This document shows, piece after piece, positions 1 through 10,076 of a DNA stretch of 64,000 nucleotides (positions are counted from its first letter, which is position 1; every line of letters starts with the position of its first letter). The stretch is from contig JBEKUJ010000017.1 in the NCBI GenBank assembly GCA_049515135.1, forward strand, positions 7,332 through 71,331, read 5' to 3'. The notes beneath the pieces were generated by a model. It searched no databases. It was not told the DNA's origin and saw only the letters and a list, made by a program, of their open reading frames with translations. Both the position numbers and the translations under genes were made by a program. The stretch comes from Spirochaetia bacterium. Lineage in GTDB: Bacteria > Spirochaetota > Spirochaetia > SZUA-6 > Fen-1364.

Positions 1-261
1 ATCCACGATCCAGACGTACGGATCGACTCCGGGCGCGTACCCCATCTCCTCTGACAGTATCCCGTGCCCGGGAAAGCGCTCGCGAATGATGCCCACAATG
101 CTCTCTTCGCACGTTCTGTCGAGGCGCAGCTTCAGATCGTGCGCCTCGGTTGCATCCACCTGCAGGGCCGACTTGAAGCTGGCGCTGATCAGCTCGCCGG
201 CAGTGGTGGCCGCATCGATGGCGGCGCTGCGAACGGGTGAGACCGTCGCTTCAGCGGCCAC
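1..261 (-). CDS. Inositol monophosphatase (IMPase/SuhB) family protein, N-terminal part; gene continues beyond window start
   Basis: Reverse-strand translation of 1-261 gives ...AAIDAATTAGELISASFKS..DLKLRLDRTCEESIVGIIRERFPGHGILSEEMGYAPGVDPYVWIVDP, which aligns with the SuhB N-terminus (NVDKAAE..IRKSYPQHTIITEESG..VWVIDPLDG). Putative GTG start at 261 overlaps the upstream acetyltransferase stop. Not in the ORF track because it is truncated. Confidence 0.5.
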   Translation of the reverse strand, partial: MAAEATVSPVRSAAIDAATTAGELISASFKSALQVDATEAHDLKLRLDRTCEESIVGIIRERFPGHGILSEEMGYAPGVDPYVWIVD

Positions 262-910
262 CGTACTTCTCCATGAATGCATCCACCGAGCACAGGTCCC
301 TCCAGCGCTCCTCCAGCTGGAGCCGGTCCCAGTTCCACCATTCGCTTCTCAGGATGCACGCGATGACATCCTCGGAAAACCGCTTCCTGACCGGCCGCGC
401 GGGCACGCCCACCACTACCTGATAGGGCTCCACGTCTTTGGTGACCACGGCGGCCGCGCCGATCACGGCCCCCGTGCCGATGCGCACCCCGGGGAGCACG
501 ACCGACGCGTGGCCGATCCACACGTCATGCCCGATCACGCAGGGGTGGGCGCGGCGCCAGTCGAAGAACTCCTGGTCGTCACAGGCGTCCAGCCCGAACT
601 GTCTCCTTCGATACGTCATGTGGTGCTGCGTTACCCGGTCCTGGGGATGATTTCCGGGATTGATGCGCACCCTGTTGGCGATGGAGCAGAATTTCCCGAT
701 CTCGGAATAGTAGATCGACACGTCGCCGTCGTCGTAGGAATAATCGCCGATGATCGATTCCACGATGCGGCTGCCGGGGCCGATCTCCGTCCATGAGCCG
801 ATCCTGCTCTTTTCGATGTGCGCTCCTTCATGGATGAAGGGAGCCTCGGATAGCCGCACCTCGGGGATGCCGCGGAGCGCCGGCGGGCGGATGTCGATCT
901 CATGAAGCAT
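251..910 (-). CDS. Hexapeptide-repeat (left-handed beta-helix) acetyltransferase, phn-operon associated type
   Basis: 219 aa with repeated [LIV]G.... hexapeptide pattern (VIGHDVWIGHASVVLPGVRIGTGAVIGAAAVV), similar to xenobiotic/Vat-type acetyltransferases. Sits immediately after phnM with an 11-nt overlap. Such transferases are a recurrent accessory gene of C-P lyase operons. Confidence 0.7.
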   Translation of the reverse strand: MLHEIDIRPPALRGIPEVRLSEAPFIHEGAHIEKSRIGSWTEIGPGSRIVESIIGDYSYDDGDVSIYYSEIGKFCSIANRVRINPGNHPQDRVTQHHMTYRRRQFGLDACDDQEFFDWRRAHPCVIGHDVWIGHASVVLPGVRIGTGAVIGAAAVVTKDVEPYQVVVGVPARPVRKRFSEDVIACILRSEWWNWDRLQLEERWRDLCSVDAFMEKYGGR

Positions 911-2123
911 GGGAGACCTCCCGGGCCCACAGGTCGCCCATGGCGCTCATTGCGCTGTCATGCATCTCGTAAACCCGGTGTCCTCCGATCCAGGCGCCCA
1001 CCACCGAGGGCATGTCCGAAGCGTCGCTGACCATGATCAGGTCGGCCCGCTTGCCGATCTCCAGGGAGCCCAGCTCCCCCTGTAGGCCGGCGGCTTTTGC
1101 CGGGTTTGCGCTGACCATTCGCACCGCCTCGGGCAGCTGCATGAGCCCTTCCCTGGCAAGACGGAACACCGCATGGAGGAGCGCAGGCGTGTAGTAATCC
1201 GAGCAGAGGATGTCGACGGTCTTTGCGCGGATGGCTTCCAGGGCGCTCAGGTTGTTGGTGGTGGATTTCCCGCGCAGGACGTTGGGGGCGCCCACGGCGA
1301 CGTGCATGCCTCTTTGAGAAGCTGCTCTGGCGGCTGCCATGTCCACCGGAAACTCGCTGATGGTGATTCCGAGCCCGTCCATGCGGGCGACCTTTTCCGG
1401 TGTGTCGTCGTCGTGGGACGCAATGGGCAGGCCCACTCCCCGGGCATGCGCCGCGAGCTTCTTCAAGACAACGCCCACCGTCGGGTTGCGGGCCCGCTCC
1501 TCCCGATTCCTCAGGAGCGCCTGGATCTCCCCGACGGGGGAGTTGTACTTCCGGACATAATAGTTCACCAGGTAGTCCGGGTTCCTGTACTGTCCCTGTC
1601 CGGGAGTGTGGTCCATGAATGACACGAGGTTCACGAGGCGCTCGTCGATCAGGCGGCGAAAAAGCTCATAGTGATGGAACTCCACCATCTCGTAGCGCGC
1701 GTGAATCAGATGCCTGATGACACCCGTGCGCCGAAGGGTGTTCAGCTCATGCACCGTGGGCTCCAGCAGATCCGGATGGAGAGTCCCTTCGCGGCCGTCC
1801 ATGAAGGAGAAGGAATGGAAGATCGTCGTGATGCCATGGCTGACGAGCTGGCTCTCCAGCGAATGGAGCGCAATAGCCAGCGGGAAGATGGCGTGCGGCC
1901 GCGGCTCGATCTCCTGCTCGATCCCATCGTTGTGCAGGTCCACGAAGCCCGGCATCAGAAGCCGGCCCTGGCCATCAACCACCGTCGCGCCCGCCGGGAC
2001 CGAGGCTCGCTCTCCGCTGGCAAGCAGGGAGAATATCCTGCCGTCCCTGACCGCAAGCGAGCCGCGTTCGATCACGGCATTCGGAGTGACAAGGCGCACG
2101 TTCGTGAAGACCGTGTCCGTCAT
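900..2123 (-). CDS. phnM: PhnM, amidohydrolase-family alpha-D-ribose 1-methylphosphonate 5-triphosphate diphosphatase
   Basis: 407 aa metal-dependent amidohydrolase fold (FVDLHND, IASHDDD motifs). Positioned after phnL with an ATGA overlap (ATG 2123 / TGA 2120). Confidence 0.85.
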   Translation of the reverse strand: MTDTVFTNVRLVTPNAVIERGSLAVRDGRIFSLLASGERASVPAGATVVDGQGRLLMPGFVDLHNDGIEQEIEPRPHAIFPLAIALHSLESQLVSHGITTIFHSFSFMDGREGTLHPDLLEPTVHELNTLRRTGVIRHLIHARYEMVEFHHYELFRRLIDERLVNLVSFMDHTPGQGQYRNPDYLVNYYVRKYNSPVGEIQALLRNREERARNPTVGVVLKKLAAHARGVGLPIASHDDDTPEKVARMDGLGITISEFPVDMAAARAASQRGMHVAVGAPNVLRGKSTTNNLSALEAIRAKTVDILCSDYYTPALLHAVFRLAREGLMQLPEAVRMVSANPAKAAGLQGELGSLEIGKRADLIMVSDASDMPSVVGAWIGGHRVYEMHDSAMSAMGDLWAREVSHAS

Positions 2124-2818
2124 GCGGCATCCCCTGCGTGCATGGGAGCCATTTCCAGGATCTGGTCGGACAGACTCCTGAGAAGGGCAATGTCATGGAA
2201 GATTCCGATCATCGCGGTCCCCTCCAGTTTCAGCTCCTGGATGAGGGAGACCGCCTCGCGCGCCGTTGCCGCGTCAAGGGACGCAGTGGGCTCGTCCAGC
2301 AGGAGGAGACGGGGCCGGGCAATGACCGCGTGGATGATGTTGATCCTCTGCTTCTCGCCCCCCGAGAACGTGGACGGGGACAGCTCCCAGAGCGAACGGG
2401 GAATTGCAAGCCGGCTCAGCAGATCACACGCCCGGGAAAGGCTTGCCTCCCGGGGGAAGCCGCGCGCGACCATGCTGTCCGCAATGGTGTCCAGCGCGGA
2501 CACCCGCGGAATCACGGGGAAGAACTGGGAGATGTACCCGATCTCGTGCCGGCGCAGCCGCAGGATGGCGTGCTCGTCCGCGGAAACAATGTCGCGGGTT
2601 TCGGCGGCAGCGTCCGTGTACCAGACCGATCCGGCCGAGGGAAGGTACGTCCGGTAGAGGCACTTCAGCAGGGAGGACTTGCCGGCGCCGCTGGGACCGC
2701 TGATGCCCAGAAACTCACCCTTCGAGAGGCTGAAGCTCACGTCCCGGAACGCATGGATCAGCGTGCCGTCCCGCACGTGCATCAGGAAAGTCTTGGAAAG
2801 CCCCTCGCATCGCATCAT
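2120..2818 (-). CDS. phnL: PhnL, C-P lyase system ABC-type ATPase-like subunit
   Basis: Walker A GPSGAGKSSLLK and Walker B LLLLDEPTASLD. Likely ATG start at 2818 (MMRCEGLSKTF), 27 nt after the phnK stop. The ORF-track N-terminal extension is judged non-coding. Confidence 0.8.
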   Translation of the reverse strand: MMRCEGLSKTFLMHVRDGTLIHAFRDVSFSLSKGEFLGISGPSGAGKSSLLKCLYRTYLPSAGSVWYTDAAAETRDIVSADEHAILRLRRHEIGYISQFFPVIPRVSALDTIADSMVARGFPREASLSRACDLLSRLAIPRSLWELSPSTFSGGEKQRINIIHAVIARPRLLLLDEPTASLDAATAREAVSLIQELKLEGTAMIGIFHDIALLRSLSDQILEMAPMHAGDAA

Positions 2819-2844
2819 GGTCGGCGTCTCACTTTCTTGCGCTC

Positions 2845-3681
2845 CTACAGCGCTGAATGCACGAGCAGCTGGGTATAGGCATGCTGCGGGTCCTCGAGGA
2901 TCTGGTCGGTAAGCCCCTGCTCCACCACGCACCCGTCTTTCATGACGAGCGTGCGGTCGGCAAGGAGCCGGATCACCCCCATGTCGTGGGAGACCACGAT
3001 CATGGAGATCCCCAGCTCGCGCTGCAGCTCGCGGATCAGGTCAAGCACGCGGGCCTGCACGCTTACGTCCAGGCCGGAGGTGACCTCGTCAAGGAGAACG
3101 AGGGGCGGATTGTTCGCCAGGGCTTTTGCAATCTGGATCCTCTGCTGCATCCCCCCGGAAAGAGACCGGGGGAAGCGATCGATGTAGGTCGCGGGAATTT
3201 CCGTCCTGGCAAGCAGTCCTGATGCCCGCTCCCGTATGCGGGCAAAATGGAAGACGTCTGCTTCCAACAGTTTCTCCGCGACGTTGGCGCCGCTTGTGAT
3301 GTCCATACGGAGCCCGTGCATCGGGTTCTGGTACACCATGCCCATCAACCGGCCGCGCAGCCTTCGCTTTTCGCTGCGGGGCAGCCCAAGAACGTTGTCC
3401 CCGCCGTTCTGGCCGTTGAAGGCGATCTCCCCATGGGTGGCGTCCAGGTCGAAATAGATACATTGAACAAGGGTGCTCTTGCCGGACCCGCTTTCACCGA
3501 CGACACCCAGTATCTCCCCTTCCTTGAGGTCGAATCGAATGCCTTCCATCGCGGCTATGGACCCGCACCTGGCGCAGATGTTCGTGGAATGCTCGGGGCC
3601 CGTGAGGTCGCGGCAGGAGCTGCATCCGGGGCCGTAGCGCTTTCCCAGGTCCTGCACGCGGAGGAGAACCTGGTCACCCAT
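2845..3681 (-). CDS. phnK: PhnK, C-P lyase system ABC-type ATPase-like subunit
   Basis: Walker A GESGSGKST, signature LSGGMQQRIQIAKAL, Walker B LVLLDEVTSGLD. Start ATG at 3681 (MGDQVLLRVQDLGKRYG) overlaps the phnJ stop (ATGGGTGA). The ORF-track extension upstream of 3681 is rejected. Confidence 0.85.
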   Translation of the reverse strand: MGDQVLLRVQDLGKRYGPGCSSCRDLTGPEHSTNICARCGSIAAMEGIRFDLKEGEILGVVGESGSGKSTLVQCIYFDLDATHGEIAFNGQNGGDNVLGLPRSEKRRLRGRLMGMVYQNPMHGLRMDITSGANVAEKLLEADVFHFARIRERASGLLARTEIPATYIDRFPRSLSGGMQQRIQIAKALANNPPLVLLDEVTSGLDVSVQARVLDLIRELQRELGISMIVVSHDMGVIRLLADRTLVMKDGCVVEQGLTDQILEDPQHAYTQLLVHSAL

Positions 3682-4570
3682 GGGCAAGCCTCCCCCGCCG
3701 GGGGATTGCCCCCTCGCGCACGAGGTCGCAGAACCCGGAATCGGAGCAGACGCGCGAGGCTTGACCCGTGGTTTCATCATAGATCTCGTCCAGAAAAGTG
3801 CCGCTGGACCCGCAGCGCGCGCAGCACATGCCGAAGAAGTTCTCCACGGTGAACGGCATGTCGTCGAACTCCAGCGGCTGCACGGATGTGTGGGGCGGCA
3901 CAGCATAGACCCGCTTCTCCCGCCCTGCTCCAAGGAGAGTCAGGTGCTCGGCGTCGTGAAGAAGGGGCAGGTCCCACCGGGGCAGGGGCGAAGGAGACAT
4001 GATGTAGCTGTCGTGGACCCGGCAGGGATAGCCGGAAGTCAGGGAGATGGACCCGTTCTGAACGACGTCCTCATAGAGGGACACCCACATGCGGGCGTAG
4101 TCCCCTTCGGAGTGCATCCGCCGGGTCTCGACCTCGCTGGGCTCCACCAGGCGGAGGGGCTCAGGGAGTGGGACCTGGAGCACGGCGATCTGGTCGGATC
4201 TGAGCGGCACCTCGGGGAGACGGTGCCGGGACTGCAGGAGTGTGGCCTCGCGGGAATCGAAGGTCGTGCGCACGCCGGTGGTTGCCACCAGGAGCTTGCG
4301 CAGGTTCACTGCATTCACGCTGCCGTCGCAGCCCTGGTCGATGATTTTCAGCACGTCCTTCGGGCCGATCAGGGACATGGTCACCTGGAGGCCCCCGGTT
4401 CCCCAGCCCCGTGCAATGGGAAGCTCCGGCGAGGCGAACGGCACCTGGTGGCCGGGCAGGGCCACTGCCTTCAGGAGCGCGCGCCGCACCTCCTTCTTCA
4501 CCCCTTCGTCAATGAAGGCGAAGTTGTAGCGAAAGCCCTTCCCCTGGGGCAGAAGCTCTTTCAGCGTCAC
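3674..4570 (-). CDS. phnJ: PhnJ, radical-SAM-type C-P lyase catalytic subunit
   Basis: 298 aa aligning along its full length with E. coli PhnJ (AVAIPGYQVPF, WGTGG, LFGAGREKRIYAVPP). Carries the C-terminal four-Cys cluster CCARCGSSGTF...RVCSDSGFC. GTG start at 4570 overlaps the phnI stop (GTGA). Confidence 0.9.
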   Translation of the reverse strand: MTLKELLPQGKGFRYNFAFIDEGVKKEVRRALLKAVALPGHQVPFASPELPIARGWGTGGLQVTMSLIGPKDVLKIIDQGCDGSVNAVNLRKLLVATTGVRTTFDSREATLLQSRHRLPEVPLRSDQIAVLQVPLPEPLRLVEPSEVETRRMHSEGDYARMWVSLYEDVVQNGSISLTSGYPCRVHDSYIMSPSPLPRWDLPLLHDAEHLTLLGAGREKRVYAVPPHTSVQPLEFDDMPFTVENFFGMCCARCGSSGTFLDEIYDETTGQASRVCSDSGFCDLVREGAIPRRGRLAHG

Positions 4571-5658
4571 TCTTCTGCGCCTCTTTGCGCACGCAGCCGG
4601 TCAAGGTCCGCCTGGAAGGTGACGTAATGGGGGAGCTTGAAGTGGGAGCAGAACCCCGAGGCCTCCACGCCGTCGGTGTGAAGGAGCACGAACTCCTGGT
4701 CCTCTGCGGGCGCGTGAGGGGTCGGCGACCTCATGGTGCGGTCCAGCACCCCGAGGGAGATGGCCTTCACCTCGTTGTGTCCGAAACACGAGCCGTACCC
4801 CAGCGTGAAAGTCGGCTTTTCCTCCCCCTCGGCGCGCTGGAACGATGCGACGATCTCCACCTCGGTCAGTGACACCGAGCCCAGCGTGACTGCTGCGCCT
4901 TTCCTCCATGGGTGAGGGATCTGCACGCTCACCCGGCCCACGCGCAGCTCCCCGACCGTGGGATGGATGCTGCCGTAACCGCGCATGCTGCTGTACGCCA
5001 GCGCCAGCACGCCGCCCGTTTCCGCCCGGGCCAGCATCTGCAGCCTGCCGCTGCGGTCCAGGGGGAAAGTGGCGGACTCCTGCGTGATGTCAGTGGGCTC
5101 GGCGGACGAGGCCGGCGGCACGGGGGGGACCAGCTTCTGGTCGCGAAGCATGTCCACCACTTTGCGGAAGTGCGCGGGCTTCAGGGGGTCCGCAGCGTTG
5201 TCGAGGCCAGCCTCGAACTCACGCACAGCTTCCTGCTGGACCTCCGCGGTCTCTTCCGCCAGAGAGAAATCCAGGATCCGCTGCTCGTAGTCGGATGTGG
5301 AGCCCAGGACTTGCCCCCCCGGGATCGTCTTGAACGCGCTGGAGATTCGCCGCAGGATCCTCATCTCCCCGTTGCGGACCGGAAGGCTGTCCACCAGGCG
5401 GCGCAGCGTGGACCGATACGCACGAAGAAGGAACGACGCCTCAATCGGATCGCCGGATGCCTGTTTGATTGCAAGGGCCGCATGAAACGGAGAGTACAGG
5501 CCCCCCTCGCTCATCACCCTGTCCACCAGCGGGCCCATCTGTTCCATGATCTGATTGACCGAAAGCGGCGCGCTCTGTCCCTGGAGTCTCCGATACCGGT
5601 TGAGCTTCTGGGAGTTTTCGATGGCGGTTATCCCGCCCTGGACTGCAACGTAGCCCAT
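4567..5658 (-). CDS. phnI: PhnI, ribose 1-methylphosphonate 5-triphosphate synthase subunit
   Basis: 363 aa with PhnI-like N-terminus MGYVAVQGGITAIENSQKL and conserved central region. Lies between phnH and phnJ with overlapping stop/start codons. Confidence 0.9.
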   Translation of the reverse strand: MGYVAVQGGITAIENSQKLNRYRRLQGQSAPLSVNQIMEQMGPLVDRVMSEGGLYSPFHAALAIKQASGDPIEASFLLRAYRSTLRRLVDSLPVRNGEMRILRRISSAFKTIPGGQVLGSTSDYEQRILDFSLAEETAEVQQEAVREFEAGLDNAADPLKPAHFRKVVDMLRDQKLVPPVPPASSAEPTDITQESATFPLDRSGRLQMLARAETGGVLALAYSSMRGYGSIHPTVGELRVGRVSVQIPHPWRKGAAVTLGSVSLTEVEIVASFQRAEGEEKPTFTLGYGSCFGHNEVKAISLGVLDRTMRSPTPHAPAEDQEFVLLHTDGVEASGFCSHFKLPHYVTFQADLDRLRAQRGAEE

Positions 5659-6269
5659 CAGGCGGGCTCCGCCGAGCTTGTGCGCGGAATGCCTGCGACT
5701 CTGCCGTCTTTGTCGACAAGGAGGAGGTCGATGCCCATGGGGTAGAACATGTTCGCCTTGGACCGCTCTTCGAGGTAGCGCGGGTCCAGACCGGTAACGG
5801 AAAGAATGGCCGCGTCCTTGACCCCGGGGCCGCTCAACCGAAGCGCGTACCCGGCCCGGCCCGGGTCCCCTTCCTCCGACAGCCGGCCCACGCAGAGCAG
5901 AGCGGTGGCGGAGAACTCTGGAAACTCCGGCGTCCCGCGGTTCAGGCGCGTGAAATCCGCATCGAACCTCTCTCCCTCAAAAAGCACGTAGTCGGCCACG
6001 TCGACGTGTCGGAAGGGAGTGGCTAGGTTCATCGACAGGTAGCTGACCCAGTCGGGCCTCAGGCCGGAGGAACCCACGGAAAAAGAAACTCGATGATCGC
6101 ACATTGTCTTGAGGATGGAGAGCGCGGGCGGGCAAAACCCTGCCGGCGCCGACTCATATGGCCGGAGCGGAAGGATCCTGATGGTCCCGGGCCTGCTCAA
6201 GGAATCAAGAAGAACGCGGAACGTGGCCTGGCTGTCGAACACTTCGTCGAAGGCAGTCTCCCGAACCAT
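5658..6269 (-). CDS. phnH: PhnH, C-P lyase complex subunit
   Basis: Start ATG at 6269 (MVRETAFDEVFDSQATFRVLLDSLSRPG), which matches the PhnH N-terminal consensus. About 204 aa. The upstream extension of the ORF-track ORF is rejected. Confidence 0.8.
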   Translation of the reverse strand: MVRETAFDEVFDSQATFRVLLDSLSRPGTIRILPLRPYESAPAGFCPPALSILKTMCDHRVSFSVGSSGLRPDWVSYLSMNLATPFRHVDVADYVLFEGERFDADFTRLNRGTPEFPEFSATALLCVGRLSEEGDPGRAGYALRLSGPGVKDAAILSVTGLDPRYLEERSKANMFYPMGIDLLLVDKDGRVAGIPRTSSAEPA

Positions 6270-6280
6270 CTTCGCGCCTC

Positions 6281-6718
6281 CTACCGCACTTCGAAGCTGA
6301 CACGGGTTGTGGCCGCAGCCCTGCTTTCCGCTTCCCATCGACTCCTGATCCGTCTTTCCTCGGCTTCCAGCAGCGGGGCGAGCTGCGCGGCCATGGCGTG
6401 CCCGCCGCCGATTACGGCATCCAGCAGGGCGCTGCACAGCGCCCGGTCTTCTCCCGAACCCAGGACGCAGCCGTACCCCGGCAGGCCGCCCACGTCCACT
6501 TCACATTCCGTAACGTACGCCTCTCCGAGCAGGAACTGGATGTTCTCCAGAGGGTCGACCTGCCTCACCATGACCATGCCCGGAGAGGGGGACTTCAGGA
6601 CTCTGACGGGTAGCCGGTTCACGATGACCTGGGCAATCTCACGCACCGCGTCAAGCTCACCCTCGGCGGCAATCTCTGAATGGTCCATCATGACGGGACG
6701 ATAAAACCAGAGTTGCAT
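6281..6718 (-). CDS. phnG: PhnG, C-P lyase complex subunit
   Basis: About 140 aa, alignable to E. coli PhnG (…RMGGTGERFFAGDATLTRAAV… vs …QVDPLENIQFLLGEAYVTECEV…). Real start may be the ATG at 6691 or 6688 (MMDHSE) rather than 6718. No clear RBS for any candidate. Confidence 0.7.
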   Translation of the reverse strand: MQLWFYRPVMMDHSEIAAEGELDAVREIAQVIVNRLPVRVLKSPSPGMVMVRQVDPLENIQFLLGEAYVTECEVDVGGLPGYGCVLGSGEDRALCSALLDAVIGGGHAMAAQLAPLLEAEERRIRSRWEAESRAAATTRVSFEVR

Positions 6719-6750
6719 TAGTTTTCGATTAGGGAGGTGTTAAAAATCTG

Positions 6751-7881
6751 TTATTTCCCGGCCAAAGTCCAGGACGTGCAGTCTTTCACCGCATCGACAA
6801 GGGATCTCATCGTCGCCGGGGTGACGTCTCCGATGGTCCCGATGCGGAATGTGCGTGCGAGCGAGACCTTGCCGGGATAGATGACAAAACCCCGTGACTT
6901 CAGCCCTGCATAGAATGCCGGAAACGAATACCCCGGATCTTCCGGCTCCAGGAGCGAGGTGATGATGGGAGACTGAAGGCTCTCATCGAGAAGGCTTTGA
7001 AACCCCAGCTGACTCATGCCCTGCACGAGCACGAAATGGTTCGCGCGATACCGGGCGTTTCGGGCCGCCACGCCGCCCTCGTTGTCCAGCTCAAGGAGCG
7101 CCTGGGCGAATGCCCTCACCACGTGAGTGGGAGAGGTGTACCTCCACTTGCCGTTCTCCTTCTCCATCGTGCGCCACTGATCGTACAGGTCCAGGGAGAG
7201 GGAACGCGCCCTGCCTTCGCACGCCTCGAGGGTCTTTCTGCGGGCAACGACGAAGCCGAACCCGGGCACACCCTGGATGCATTTGTTGGCGCTGCTTACC
7301 AGGAAATCCACTCCCAGCTCGCCGATGTCCATGGGAATGCCGCCGAAGCTGCTCATCGCATCGACAATGAAGCAGCGGCCGCTCTGGCGAACAATAGCCG
7401 CGATGTCGTCCAGGGGATTCAGGATGCCGGTGGTGGTCTCACAGTGCACCAGGGCGACATGGGTGATGGAGGGATCGGCGCTGAGCATTGTCCGCAGCTG
7501 TTCCGGGTCGGGCCACGCTGTTTCCACGCTCCGCGCCACCGTATGTGCAATCCGCAGCCTCTGGGCAATCTGCGCCATCCGCTCGCCGTAGGCGCCGTTG
7601 GCCAGTATCAGGACCTTTCCGTCGGCCGGCACCGCGGTGCCGAGCACAGCCTCGACGCAGAATGTGCCAGATCCCTGCATCAGCACGCCCGTGTAGCTCT
7701 CCGGGAAACCGACAGTGGCAATCTCCACAAGCCGGCGCCGAATGTCCTGCACGATCTCGTTGTATTCAGCGTCCCACGTGCACCAGTCACGCAGCATGAC
7801 CTCTTTGACCGTCGCGGTCGTGCTCAAAGGCCCGGGGGTGAGGAGCACATACGGGTTCCCGGGCAGCTCACGCGCGCTCAT
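6751..7881 (-). CDS. phnW: 2-aminoethylphosphonate:pyruvate aminotransferase (PhnW)
   Basis: 376 aa class-V aminotransferase with the PhnW-type N-terminus [32 protein letters not shown] and PLP-lysine region [15 protein letters not shown]. Overlaps the phnX stop by 14 nt. Confidence 0.85.
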   Translation of the reverse strand: MSARELPGNPYVLLTPGPLSTTATVKEVMLRDWCTWDAEYNEIVQDIRRRLVEIATVGFPESYTGVLMQGSGTFCVEAVLGTAVPADGKVLILANGAYGERMAQIAQRLRIAHTVARSVETAWPDPEQLRTMLSADPSITHVALVHCETTTGILNPLDDIAAIVRQSGRCFIVDAMSSFGGIPMDIGELGVDFLVSSANKCIQGVPGFGFVVARRKTLEACEGRARSLSLDLYDQWRTMEKENGKWRYTSPTHVVRAFAQALLELDNEGGVAARNARYRANHFVLVQGMSQLGFQSLLDESLQSPIITSLLEPEDPGYSFPAFYAGLKSRGFVIYPGKVSLARTFRIGTIGDVTPATMRSLVDAVKDCTSWTLAGK

Positions 7882-8728
7882 GCGACTTCTCCCGGGCAGG
7901 CTGCTCGCCCTTGATGATGCGCTCCTCGATCCTGGCCAGGACCTCCCGGCAGCTTGCCACGCTTTCCGTCACGTAGTGGGCGCCCGTTGCGCGAAGGCGC
8001 TTCTCAGCCTCCTGGATGCGCGCGACGCGCTCCTCAGCGCTCAACTGCTCTGCGTCGGTCCTGGAAAGCCCGACCTCGTTGCCGGAGAGCGTGACGCCGA
8101 CCGTCCACATGCCGGCGTTGAGACCTTCCGCGACGTCCGCCTGCGTGTCACCGATCTTCACCATTCGTCGGGGAGGAAACACCTGGAGCTTGATCGCGTT
8201 GAGAAAGCACATCCACGGGTAGGGCCGGCCGGCGGTGACATCCGAAGGACAGACCACGGCATCCGCGGTGAATCCCTGCCGGGCGGCTTCCGCGGTGAGG
8301 ATGTCCATGAGGGGACGCAGGTACCCTGTTGTGGAGCCGATCTGGATGCCCCAGCAACGAAGCTCGTCAACCAGCTCTCTGGCTCCCGGAACCAGCTCCG
8401 AATGCCGCCGTACAGCCGCCATGAGGCGGGGCTCAAGCTCTTCGTACAGGGAGTCCACGTCCTGGGGCCCGGGATCAGCTCCGCAGGCATCCCTCCAGAG
8501 GCTGCTGATGCCGGGATCGGCCAGGAGACTGCGGATGTGCTCCCGCTTCTCCAGGCCCATGGGTCCGCGCGCCTGCGCGATCGTGAGCGGCACCCCTCGG
8601 CGTGCGAAGGTCTCCACAATCGAGACAGCTGGCGCGAAGCACCCGAAATCCACGACCGTGCCCGCCCAGTCGAAGATGACCGCCGATATTCCGCCATCGT
8701 CGTTACTGCCGCCGTTCTGTTTCCGCAT
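7868..8728 (-). CDS. phnX: Phosphonoacetaldehyde hydrolase (phosphonatase, PhnX), HAD superfamily
   Basis: HAD motif I in [14 protein letters not shown], matching PhnX (AVILDWAGTTVDFGSFAP). C-terminal [17 protein letters not shown] also matches. The ORF-track start at 8764 is TTG. The internal ATG at 8728 gives an N-terminus of E. coli-like length, but the start is uncertain. Confidence 0.8.
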   Translation of the reverse strand: MRKQNGGSNDDGGISAVIFDWAGTVVDFGCFAPAVSIVETFARRGVPLTIAQARGPMGLEKREHIRSLLADPGISSLWRDACGADPGPQDVDSLYEELEPRLMAAVRRHSELVPGARELVDELRCWGIQIGSTTGYLRPLMDILTAEAARQGFTADAVVCPSDVTAGRPYPWMCFLNAIKLQVFPPRRMVKIGDTQADVAEGLNAGMWTVGVTLSGNEVGLSRTDAEQLSAEERVARIQEAEKRLRATGAHYVTESVASCREVLARIEERIIKGEQPAREKSHERA

Positions 8729-8789
8729 AACCCGCAGAAAGCATTCCGACAGAGTGTTAGGCAACGGTGAAGCCAGCGTGAATTTTCTG

Positions 8790-10076
8790 TTAGCTTGCGC
8801 CGGTGAGGATGCCTTCCGCCGCGCGTATTCCGCTTGCCCAGGCCGCGGTGATCCCGCGGCTTGTGCCGGCGCCGTCTCCGATCATCCAGATGCCCGGACG
8901 GGCCTGGAAGCTTTCATCGATGAATCGAGGCCTGTTCCCGTACAGCTTGATCTCGGGATAGTACATGATGGTCGAGGGATGGAGCACGCCCGGGATGATC
9001 GTGTCCAGGAGCTTCATGGAGCGCCATATCGCGCGCAGGATCTTGGAAGGCATGGCAAGAGCAATGTCCCCCGGAGTGCAGGCGGAAAGAGTGGGGGCAA
9101 AATCGTACAGGTCCTCGTTGAAGCTCTCCGCCTTTGAGCGCTTGCCCAGCCGGAAGTCCCCTACGCGCTGCACCAGGGGCTGACCACCGCCCATGAGCAT
9201 GGCTTGGTGGCCCAGCATCTCCGCAAACTCCTGGCCGCTGGCCAGGGGCTCCGTGAAACGAACGGTCTTCAGGAGCGCAAAGTTAACAAGGCCCGTTGCC
9301 TCTCCGCGCTCCGAGAAGGCATGACCGTTCACGCTGAAATACGCGCGGCCGTCCGCGGTCTCATACTTTTCCTTGACCACGAACGCCCTGCCGCTGTTCG
9401 TGCAGAACGTGCGCACCTTCTGAGGAAAGTGGAACTTCGGATCGTAGTAGTCCTGGACAATCGGGTAGTTCTGCTCGCGCGCCTCCAGACGCAGTCCGAT
9501 ATCGACCACATTGTCGACGTACGGGACCTCCAGCCGGTCCATCAGCTTCTGCAGGAAGGAGAACCCCTTCCGGCCGGGCGCAACCACGAGACTTCCAAAG
9601 CCGATTTCGCGGCGGTCCGTGAGAAGCACGCGGTCCGCCGCTCGAACGTCGAGCGCGGTTTCCCCCAGGGAGAAGACCGCCCCTGCCCGCCCCAGCTGCT
9701 CCCTCATGCCGTGGGCAAGGGCAATCCCGCCGTCCGTGCCGAGATGGCTCTGGCGCACCTCCAGCAGCTCGACGCCCAGCTTCTGGGCCCTGTTCGCATA
9801 GATGCCGAGATTGCTCTTCGAGAGGATCCGGGGCTGGAGCCGGGCGGTGACCGAACCAAGGTAGCGCTCGGCGGCATGCCGGTCCCAGTATTCAAGGGGG
9901 AACCCGATGGGGAAAGTGAAGTTCATCTTGCAGTCGTTGCACATGCCGCCGGTGCTGAGGGAGGACTTGTCGATGAGCAGAACGGTCCCAGAGGGCCTTG
10001 CCTCCAGGAAGGAGAACGCGGCGCCGAGGCCTGCCGGCCCCGTTCCAATGATCACAAGGTCGAAGCGCTCTTTCAT
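8790..10076 (-). CDS. NAD(P)/FAD-dependent oxidoreductase (COG2509 / HI0933-like family)
   Basis: N-terminal dinucleotide fold DLVIIGTGPAGLGAAF and C-terminal GIWMIGDGAGTSRGITAAWASG. ATGA overlap with the upstream gene, and 25 nt before phnX. Confidence 0.65.
   Translation of the reverse strand: MKERFDLVIIGTGPAGLGAAFSFLEARPSGTVLLIDKSSLSTGGMCNDCKMNFTFPIGFPLEYWDRHAAERYLGSVTARLQPRILSKSNLGIYANRAQKLGVELLEVRQSHLGTDGGIALAHGMREQLGRAGAVFSLGETALDVRAADRVLLTDRREIGFGSLVVAPGRKGFSFLQKLMDRLEVPYVDNVVDIGLRLEAREQNYPIVQDYYDPKFHFPQKVRTFCTNSGRAFVVKEKYETADGRAYFSVNGHAFSERGEATGLVNFALLKTVRFTEPLASGQEFAEMLGHQAMLMGGGQPLVQRVGDFRLGKRSKAESFNEDLYDFAPTLSACTPGDIALAMPSKILRAIWRSMKLLDTIIPGVLHPSTIMYYPEIKLYGNRPRFIDESFQARPGIWMIGDGAGTSRGITAAWASGIRAAEGILTGAS

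Noticed and set aside
3680-4627. 315-aa plus-strand ORF opposite phnJ
   Set aside because: Antisense shadow ORF of the strongly supported phnJ. No recognisable domains.
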